Source: the human T2T-CHM13v2.0 reference genome, Homo sapiens
Length of the DNA stretch: 64,000 bases
Assembly (NCBI RefSeq): GCF_009914755.1
Contig: NC_060930.1
Reading direction: 5' to 3' (one strand)
Shown in pieces: positions 54,100 through 64,000 of the stretch. The position numbers and the translations under genes were made by a program. Numbering within the stretch: the stretch's first letter is position 1; every line of letters begins with the position of its first letter. Under the pieces are notes generated by a model. It did no database searches, was not told the origin of the DNA, and saw only the letters and a list, made by a program, of their open reading frames with translations.

Positions 54100-55327
54100 T
54101 CATTTGTTTACTCAAATATTTATTGAACCCTACCAGGCTAAAAAGCATTGTGCTAAAAGCTGGAAAAGAAAGAAAGGGGGGAGGGAAAGACGAAGGCAAA
54201 AAAGGGGAGAAACTCAGACAAAATTCCTGTCCTTAAAGAGACTGCAGTCAAGTTTGCAAAGTTAACGTATGTGGTAGACCGTGAGAGTGATTCAGATGAA
54301 ATGCTCTTGGAGCCTGGCTCTAGAGATGAGAGAAGGTTTCCTAAGACATTTCACTTGGACTTCAGACACTGGGCAGGTGGAAGAAATATATTCTAGGCTA
54401 AGGAAATAGCGTGAGTAACGTCTTTGAACATAAACAACAAATTTGCAGCCGAAGTTGCATGGAAAAGGCTGGAGAGAGGGAAAGTCAAGAAATAATGGAG
54501 GGTGTTAAATGACAAGCCCAGGAATCTGGGACAGTCAGCTGTCGTTGAATACTGACAAATAGGCAAGTGACATCATCACACATGGGCTTCTGTTTGGAGG
54601 GGAGTGACAGCCCTCCATAAGGAGTTTAGGGAGTTGAGGTGGATTCAGGTGAGCCAGCCTGGAGACTGTTGCTGTATCCGGGACAAAGAGCAAGAGGCAG
54701 AACTAGGACAGTGGCAGTGGAAACTAAGAGGAAAATAAAATGCTTAAAACAGTGCACAGAAATAACAACATAACAGACGCCCCAAGGCACACACAGCTTA
54801 GCAGTTAGTTACACATACGGCCCAGGGAGATAGAGACAGACAGAGATATTTGGGAGTGTCCACATGAAACCAGTAACTGGAAATGTTAAACTGAGTACAA
54901 TTACCAAAGATCTTCTGGTAATGAAGGAAAGTGAGCCAGGAACAGCCCTCTGTTTTCGAGCATGTCCATTTGAGAGAGGGATGGAGACAGAAGATGAGCC
55001 TGAGGGTGACTTAGAAAGTCAGAGCTGGGAGGAGAAACCTGGAAGAGTCTCACATCAGAGAAACCTAGGGAACAGAGTTTTCAGAACCAGGGTCTGAGTG
55101 ACAATGTGGAGAGCTACACAAAGGAAAGAAAATAAAAGACCAAGCGTGAAGAAAGGCTCCAGGCTGTGGAGGGTTTGTGCTCCACAAGTTACAGGAGGCT
55201 GCGGGGACAGAAGCCAGGCAACAGGGCCAAGGTGTGGCCTGGGGAGTGACGGATCATAAAGCCCCCTCTCGTGAGAAACTGGGATAATGGAAGGAGAGAC
55301 TAAAAGAGTGTTAGCTAAGAAATTAGA

Positions 55328-55376
<49 letters not shown>

Positions 55377-55420
55377 GGGTGGGATTCGACCGTGTTTTTC
55401 TGCAAGGAGAAGAGTCTGAG
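54100..55420 (-). mobile_element. L2 LINE long fragment
   Basis: Starts with the antisense L2 tail 'tcatttgtttactcaaatatttattgaac' and continues as purine-rich degenerate L2. Confidence 0.65.
55335..55374. repeat. T40 homopolymer
   Basis: 40 consecutive T. Confidence 0.95.
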
Positions 55421-57053
55421 AAACGTGCCCTAGGCCTGTGCAGGTTCCATTCCAAGCACGTCCAAACAGCACACATGCTTCCAAACAGCACACACGCTTC
55501 CCTCCATGCACCCCCAGGTGGGAACTGTGGCCACAGGTCAACGCTTCTCTTCCCTGCTGGACCATTTGTTCACCACAGGCACAAATCTGCTCTGTCTTGT
55601 TCACCAACTGACACTTAGAAGAGGCTCAAACCTGGTCATTGGCTGGGGACTCAAGACAGAACAATGAGTGTTCCCACTACCAAGCTTCCAGAACAGGAAG
55701 GAAAGTTGGAACGGAGAGCAGACGGAGCTCAGCCAGGAGAAACACGAGGCCAGCTGAAGCCAGTGGGCCTGTGAGAAGGAGGGCTCCCTGCCTGGCACCA
55801 GGGCTGCAGTCCCTTGTTGAAGTGCATGCAGAGGCAGGGTCTGGGAATGCTCATTCCCACCTTGTTGCCTCATGAGCACGCCCCATGCAATTCTGGGCAC
55901 CACCCTCAGCAACAAGACTAGCTCTCAGCCACCCTCACAGCTCGGCGTGGCACGGACGTGCTGATCTTATGGTCAGAGGGACAAGGGGAAGTGCTGCGTA
56001 GACTCCAACTGGCAGGGGCGGATCTTTTGTCCTTTCCTTCTCCTTCCTGCAGCCTGGAACTCAAACGAGAAGGCCCGGGCTCCGGCAGCCACCTTTGGCT
56101 ATGGAGTAATCTTGAGACACAGACACATGCAGGAAACTTTAGTATTAAAGTAGGAGAAGCCCCGTTCTTCTCTGACTTCATAGAGCCCTTGCACTTTATG
56201 GTAGCCTGGTTGCTTCCTTCTGGACTTTTTCTGACAGGAGAGAAATTAAACACCTGTCTTACCTAAGCCAGTATTATGTTGAATTTTCTGTTACATGCGG
56301 CCAAACTTAATCTTTACATTAATGCTACAACATTAATGAAACTGCTAGGAGAAGCTGCCTTGCCAGGCTCCCCGGTGGCTGCCATCACATCCAGCACCCG
56401 GTTTCTCAAATTTCCCCACACCCACCACAGAAAAGCAAGAACTAGGTACAGTATCTGGCATTCTGTAGGCACTGATGGTCATGGAATTCAGTCTCTCTGG
56501 TGTATTTTAAGTTGCCATTCAAAAATAAAGCACTCAGGTAATATAAGTGAATTTTGATTAAATTACAAGTAACAATTCCTATTCGGGTTGATAGAGCTCT
56601 TTCTTTAAAAAGGCTGAATTTTATCTCCTTTTATAGAATTAAAGTTTTTACTTTTCATTTGTGATGAGCTGAATTTTCAGGCTGATGAAATAAGTCACTG
56701 ATATTTACCACACAGGACTTAATCAAAAAGAAGCTTAGGTTTCAATGGTGGGTTTCCTTTTTGGGCATGGACCGTGGTTTTATAGTGGAAAGCTTTGTAG
56801 CTTGGCTCACACTGATGTCCGCTGCTCCTAACATGTGCGTCTTATCTTGGAGGCTGGGCTCCTCCGTAGGTTCTCCTGCCAACAAGCGAGACAGAAAGGA
56901 GGCGGCAGCTGGGGGAACTCAGCCTTCCTTCCCACCACACCTGCACCTTGCTGAGCCACTGCTCCCAAGACGAGGCACAGAATTCCCAGAGCAGCCTGGC
57001 TTCAACCTACTCATTTGGTGTTCTTTAAATTAAAAAAAAAAAAAAAAACTTCT

Positions 57054-57360
57054 GGCAAATCGTGGTGGCTCACGCTTGTAATCCCAACACTTTGGGAGGC
57101 TGATGAAGGTGGATTGCTTCAGCCCGGGAAGGAGTTCCAGGCCAGCCTGGGCAACATGGTGAAACCCTGTCTCTATAAAAGAAATTCAAAAGTAATCCAG
57201 GTGTGTTGGCACGTGCCTGTAGTCCCTGCTACTCGGGAGGCCGAGATGGGAGAATCAGATATCTGAGCCTGGCAGTTTGATGCTGCAGTGAGCCAAATTG
57301 TGCCACTGCACTCCAGCCGGAGCAAGAGAGCAAGATCTGTCTCAAAAAAAAAAAAAAAAA
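57054..57360 (+). mobile_element. AluJ-like
   Basis: Diverged dimer 'ggattgcttcagccc...gccagcctgggcaacatggtg' with A tail; A17 run just upstream (57032-57048). Confidence 0.9.
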
Positions 57361-58113
57361 TTTCTTACGTCACTAGTTTTCTTGCATGGCCTATGAGTTC
57401 CCATCCACTCTGTAAGCCTTTATAAGTGTTATGGTGGGATCCAAGTATAAGCTCTGAGTTACTGTCTCATTCTCCCCCGTTCACTTACAGATGACATTCT
57501 CGCAGACCAGACCAGCAAGTCTCCTTGCCCGAGGCCACACAGGCAGGAACCGCCAGGCACCCCGTCCAGTGTCCCAGCCGAGCCCTCCTGGGAGGTTCCT
57601 GTGTGCTGGACACATGCCTGGCTGGCTATTACCTGTGTAGTTTATCCAGTGGTTACACTGACTTGAAGTGGTCTTTCTGAAGACGACATTGACTTTGAAA
57701 TTACTTGCATTATCCAGTGATCAGCTCTGGTCATTGTGATCCTTTCCAAGCCATACATAATTTTGGGTTTTGCTGTGGCTGCTGACCAGCATCTCTGTTT
57801 AAGAGACTGAGCTTTGTGCTAGAGATTCTGGTTTTGATGCATTTCCTAGGCACGCCCACTTCTCCAGTAGAAAGCCAGGAGTGAGTCCCTCACCGAGCTG
57901 ATCCTTGTGAAGATGAACAGTTCTCTCCATTTGTGTTTAGTGACAAGTATGTTCGTTAAAATATCACGAAGCCTTCACAAGATGTTCTACTAACTAGTTC
58001 GAGACACAGCTTGTATACTGTGCACTGAATGAGTTTGCATAGGTTGTTACATAGATTATCATACACCTATAATAAATAGAGTATGGAAAACACTGCTAAA
58101 AAGTTTCAATGAG

Positions 58114-58278
58114 GACCAGGTGCAGTGGCTCACACTTGTCATCCCAGCACTTCGGGAGGCTGAGGCAGGAGGATCGCTTGAGCCCAGGAATTCAAGGCTG
58201 CAGTGAGCTATGATTACGCCACTGTACTCTAGCCTGGGCAACAGTGATACTCTGTCTCAAAAAAAATAAAAATAAAAA
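58114..58278 (+). mobile_element. Alu monomer (FAM/FRAM-like)
   Basis: About 165-bp single arm 'ggatcgcttgagcccaggaattcaaggctgcagtgagctatgatt'; TSD-like aaa..ttca(a/t)tgag. Confidence 0.85.
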
Positions 58279-59238
58279 TTCATTGAGTTTAAGAGGGGTT
58301 TTTTGTATGGTTACAAAAAAAAAGCAGTTTAATTCCTTTACTCTTATGAGCCACTTATTTGGTTCTTCAAACATGTAGAGGCCAAAAAGGCACTGTTTCT
58401 TTAGGTTAAAAAAATGGGCAAAAAATCTGATTTTATGTTTCTTTTCTCAAAAATTATTCACTAATTATTAACAGCAAACGCTGCGTCTCCTGGAGTCACC
58501 AGGCACCGAGCGTTGTGTGTGTTTCACCCGCTTGGCGTTTTCATTCTCATTTCATGTATTTGAAAGCTGGGGCTCCGTACAGTTATGACATTGACCCAGA
58601 GTCACTCAGATTGCAAATGACAGAGCCAGGGTGTGAACCCAGATAGGTCAACCTCAGCCTGAGTGTCTCTAACTCTTCAGGTTAACAGCCTTCTCCGGAT
58701 ACCAAAGCAGCACTAAACCATCTATTCAGCTGTGCGGGCACCTGTGTGGGATAGAAGGGGCTGAGGGATCCTGCTGCCACATTGATAACTATCGCTGGAA
58801 CCAGGGTCTGAAACCGAGTCAGACTGACCCTGAAACCTACTTGCCTGACCATTTTACTCCCACACCTCGGGCTATCTTGCAAAGGAAGGGTTAAAGAATA
58901 CGTGATGCAACCTCCTGAAACAGGCAGCCTAGGAACTTTGACCCACACACTCAGCCCCGATCTCTGTGGCCACCTCTGTGATACAGACGGCCGCTTGGGG
59001 ACAGCAGAGGCTCAGGGGCAGTGAAAAGCAGTGCCGGGGCTGGAGATGAAAGAGCCAATTCTCCATTCTTCTGTGAGTCCCCGGAGATGAACACTGTGAA
59101 CTTGTTCCCAGTCTCTGTGTCTCGTGCCAGCGGCCCTCCCCTCCCCCTTCCAAGGACAAGTCCACCCCCAGAGGATTTGCCCCTGGAAATGGGTCCTCAT
59201 GGACAGGGGAGAATCAGAGATTATTTGCTTGAGGTGGC

Positions 59239-59262
59239 AAAAAAAAAAAAAAAAAAAAAAAA
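59239..59262. repeat. A24 homopolymer
   Basis: 24 consecutive A with no adjacent SINE body. Confidence 0.9.
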
Positions 59263-60319
59263 TACAGACACATCTCCGGCCAACCCTTTTTATAGATGTA
59301 TTTTTGTTTTTTACAAACCAAATAGCAGAGGTTGATTATTAGTACAGTAGTTTGGGGTTTTTTCTCATCATCAACCACTTAGTTACTATAAATGTGTTTT
59401 AACTCACGGGGAGAAAGTCCAGCATACCGTAAAACCTGAGTCCCACCCAGCCAGCTCGGAATGGAAGGCTTCCAAGGCCCGGGAGGCGCGCTCTGTCAAG
59501 TTGCTGATTCGGGAGATAGCAGTGAATCGGGGTTCCACCACGCCCCCAGAATACTATTCACAGCAGCTTTGTCATTGACTGTTCTCCCTTTTGGACGAGA
59601 TCTGAAACAAAGCTTCCAATCACTTCCGATCCTAATAGCGTTACCTCTCTTAGGTAGGGTGTAAGGATTCTTAGTCAAATTTCAACTCAAGTAGGTTACC
59701 TAGGAACATTCTTAGGGCTTAACCTACTTAGTTCTTCTTGCGGTTTCAGTTGAAAGTGATAGACTCTTCGAGGCTCTTTGTGTTCCACGGTCCGGTGGTG
59801 AAATCACTGCTATCTCTCCCTCCTTAGAGAGCCCACTGCTTCCCACCAATGAGTTAAGTAATTTTTCTTGCCCATTTCTGCAAATTTGTGTTCATAAAAT
59901 CAGCTGATGGATGAAAGTTACTGAAGAAATTGCTAACAATTTCGAGGCTTTCCTTAAATTGATAGTTTGTTTTACTTTATTCTAGTTCTCAGTGGAAACA
60001 AAAGGCAAGAATGATCTTTGGAATGTTCTGTTTACAAAATCAACCCAAACAAGATATAGATGAGACTCGTTGTCTTCCTCCAGAATAACAATCGCCTTTA
60101 ATTTCTGTGCTGCTGAAACAGTCACAAGAGTCATGATAGATCCAGAAAGAGACCCTTGGTGCTTCATGTGGTATCTTTCTTTAGTACGGGTCTCTTTTAC
60201 ATTCAGCAGGTTTCATTAGAAAAAAGAATTTCAAAGTATTTCATTAACAAAATTGAGAAAATGCGTATTTAAACATTGACATCCTTATGAAAGAGTAATT
60301 TCTTACATAAATGTAGCAT

Positions 60320-61100
60320 TTTCACCTATGTTACCTCATTTAATCTTCAGAACTAATCTTAAGTTGCAATTTCACAATTTTATAGACAAGGAAATGGAAA
60401 CTCATAGATGTTAATTCACTCGTTCCGGGCCACGGAGGTGTACTTTTTAGAGCATAGTCTTATTTAATGGTCTTGACTCTAAGTCCAAAACAGAAGCCTC
60501 CACTTTGCTGAGCACCAAAAGATCGGGAGATGAGTCAGTGTGTGAGTCCCAAGAGGAAGAGAATCTGCGGGTCCTTAGCAGTTAAGGAAGCGTCATGAAA
60601 CATTTCTTGAAGAATGGATAGGATTTAAATAGTTTAGAAGATGCAGTCTTGAAACTATGTGGGTGATCCAGGTTGCATGAGCAACAAATATTTGTTGGAC
60701 AATTGAAGAGTGAATGAATGAGGACGGAGGGTGTCTGAGATCAGGAAAATGATCTGGGAAGGTATGAAGGCAAACATTCCCACGACGTGTTCGGGGAACC
60801 GTGAGTAGGAGCCACTGGCTCTAAGAGAGTGTCCCTCTGGACAAGTAGAGAGAGATGGACTGCCATGGGTGCTCTGGGGGCTCGAAGGGCTTGGAAGGGC
60901 ATGGAAGGCCAGGCTAAAAAGTGTTGATTTTGCCTTACAGATTAGGTCAGGTCTTCATTGCTTTTGACTAAGGAACTTTATCCTGAAGACAAGATCATGG
61001 GAAATCATTGACAACTTGTAGGACATGATATGACCAAACTCAGTGTTTTAGGAAGATGAGCAGGGAGTGAAGCACAAAACAGATGAAGAGTGTGTGTTGA
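60320..61100 (-). mobile_element. MIR followed by L2 fragment
   Basis: 'cctcatttaatcttcaga', 'ttttatagacaaggaaatggaaactca' (MIR); 'gggcttggaagggcatggaaggccaggctaa', 'gacatgatatgacc' (L2). Confidence 0.55.
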
Positions 61101-64000
61101 CTCTGGTTTTAGGAACTCACCCTGTGCCTCTCTAAAGCTTCTGTCAGCTCTTCCCATCAGTGGGAAGCAGATTTAGAGGCCAAGCTGCCTAGAAGACATA
61201 GGGTTAAAGAAAAAAAAAGGAAGAAAAAGAAATGCACCTTTAAAATTTCCCAACCTTGATTTATACCTACAGAGATGTATGTGTGGTCACTCCTTTTATT
61301 AGGGTTTTTAAGCTAATCAGTAGGCTTGACTAAAGAATTGTAAAACTTTCACTACAAGAAAAATTAAAAGAAGTCATTTCCTGTATCTAAAATGATCACG
61401 TATACTTCTGAAATTAGGAAAACGCAGGCCAATGATAAAAATATAACTGTAACGAAACTGTAGGTTTTTTACTGATTGTATTACACAATATTTCCTTTTG
61501 GATTCTTAATACAAAGCAATGCAACACTGATTTGGTTTAAAATAAAATATGGAGAGATTCTTGTCCTGTAGGAAGCTCATCACTCTAATGGGTGTCTTAC
61601 TCACTGGAACAGTATTTTGGCTGTACTGGAGCACATCGAAAGGAATGAGATTTAGCTTTGCCAAACTTCCACTGTGAAAGAGTTTGCTACAACAGTGTTT
61701 TATTTTATTCTTATTGAACTTCAGCCAGTTGAAAATAGAATCTCCTCACCATCCTTTTAAATTAGCCTTAAGCTGCAGATAAAAGACAAAAATCAATGTG
61801 CAAATTTAGCTCCTTGTGCTCGGTTCCTTAAGAAATTTACCCCAGTGCTAATATGCAGGATGCATAGATAATAGAACATAGAGTAACTGGAAGTTTTAAA
61901 GTAGCATTTCTTGTTCAGTTTAGGTCTACTTAAGAGTCTGGTAAATCCTGTACATAAATTGTTTCTTTAATGCTACATTAAAGACAGTGCATCTCTTTAT
62001 ACTGTCCATACTAGCTCAGTCACACTGCCCCTGATAACATTTCATGTGGCCATGACAAATTATGGTGAAATTTTCAGTGTCCAATTGGAATGGAAATTGC
62101 TAGAAAAAAGCGGTGCCTAAATAATGGTGCAATTCTATTTATTCCATTTCACTAAGAATTACTAAGGGCTTCGAAAACCCAAATCGAAAAAGGAAGCACA
62201 TAAACAATGTTCGTATTGGCCATACTAGCTTGAATGTCTCTAATTGTTCTAAGTGGTACAGGTGCTATGAGCTCCTAAGAATATCCCTGTGTTTGAGACG
62301 AGTTAACTCAGAGCCTTGGGTTGCTTGCTGTCCTGCCGCACTGCACGAGAAAGGTTAGCAACATAAAGAAATGCAACTTTGCCTACTTCAGGCATTAATA
62401 TAAAGAAACCTACGTACAGGCACCCAGAGACACAAAAAGAGAGAGAAAGCTCACCATTCTTGAAAAAGGCAGTTCTGCAGGCTCCACAAACAAGTACACC
62501 AGTGAATGGGAATGATAAGAGGAGAACAATTTGGTTACATTCAGAGACCTGGTGGGCAAATGGAAATGGGACAAGCAGTAGAAATTAGGCCAGATCATGG
62601 AAGATTTGTTTTGTTTTGTTTTCATGGCATGATACCTGCAAGGCCAGGAAGGCTGAAGCCAGAACACCAATGCAATTAATTAGCAGAAACCAAAAAGTAA
62701 TTAATTTAGCACGCCACCATATAGGGCAGAAGCAAATACTGCTGTTTGTAGCCAGGGATGGGGAAAGGATCTAACCACACTCCAGGCACCTCTGCACATG
62801 GCACCACAGAGAGAAAGATGGAGGAGGAGTGCAGCCGTACGCTGGGAGTCATCACAATTGTTTTTTTACCGAAAAAAGCAAGTGGGAACAATTGGCCAAA
62901 ATAAGCCTGGATTGTAGTAGAAAATTAAGCTAAGAAAGAAAGATCAGGGGACATTGTGATAAAACAATCCACGTAATTTCTATAACATGGATCCATCTTA
63001 ATAAGATGTCCTGAAGTTCAGCATGAGTAAAGTTCCAGGACAGTTCAGGGTTGTCATAGGAAATCTACATTTTTCAAATTAACAGGACTTAAAGATGTTA
63101 CTGTTACTTCAACACTTGGTAAATTTCACTGCAAATATATAAGCCATTTTAAAGGAAAGTATTAGATAATCAAAGAATTCGTTAAGAAAAAGAACAAATT
63201 GAGTGCCCACAATATAAATGGTGGCCCTGCTGCAGATTAGTTCCCGATGCCTGAGATAAGATGCTGGAGGAAATCGCGGCATCATCAATTTAATCCCACA
63301 CAAAATGCAAGCGACCACCTTAGCTTAGTTGCAGTTGTGGTGGGCATGAACTTCACAGGGGCATAATTGAAGGCCAAAATTAAATGCTCTTTATTTCTCT
63401 GTATCTCCGTGTAATGTCCTGATCCTGAGCCCCAGACTGCCTCATGGGTCCAGTAGGGATGCCTCTCAGCAGGTTGTGCATCGGGAGAATTTTGCTGCAT
63501 TGAGCTCCAGGGCTGCTTCCCTGTGTCTCCTCTCCCACTGCTGACCCCACCCCCATCTACTCTAAGCCCCAGCAAATCACCCCAGCACTCCCAGGCAGTG
63601 AGTGGGGGAGGGTGTGTCCCCTCCTCTCTCTGTTTTGGTCCAGCCTATATGTCACAGGGCTTCTTTAAACAGTGACTGGGCCTTTCTGCTGGCCTTCACT
63701 TAACTCTCAGCTCAGCTTGCAGGCACCCTCTGAGACGCAGGCACTGCCCCCTTATAGAATCTGCATAGTGGGCTGCCTAGCCAGGGGGCTTCGTTGTGTG
63801 GCCTTTTCTCTGGCAGGCTTTCAGATTTCCCCCTTCCCCCAAGAATGGAGCCAAGGGGTGGACCCCAACATAGCCTGCTGGCTGCAAAGCTGCACACGCC
63901 TGGAGAGCTGCTGTCCAATGGCAAATGGAAGCAACATTCTCATTGTCTCCACTCTCAGACACCCTCAGATTACTGAGGGAATTCTCTCGTGTGCCCCCTT

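Overview
This window is primate (catarrhine, human-like) nuclear DNA. I can find no intact protein-coding gene, RNA gene, CRISPR array or prokaryotic system in it. Much of it is interspersed repeats: six dimeric Alus plus one Alu monomer and one young AluY, old L1M/L2/L3/MIR fragments, MaLR and ERV1 solo LTRs, and hAT/mariner MITEs. It also has a CpG island at about 26.6-27.75 kb preceded by a pure G26 run, two smaller CpG clusters near 42.9 and 43.7 kb, and CTCF-like motifs. The most notable unexplained signal is on the minus strand. A repeat-free, purine-rich, stop-depleted stretch of about 1.3 kb (23552-24830) looks like decayed coding sequence. A series of minus-strand exon-like segments with canonical splice signals runs from about 31.7 kb down to about 6.3 kb. 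Together these suggest a lost (unitary) gene and/or a spliced lncRNA. I could not name the locus or the protein family. Repeat subfamily calls come from recalled consensus sequences, and boundaries of old repeats are approximate.
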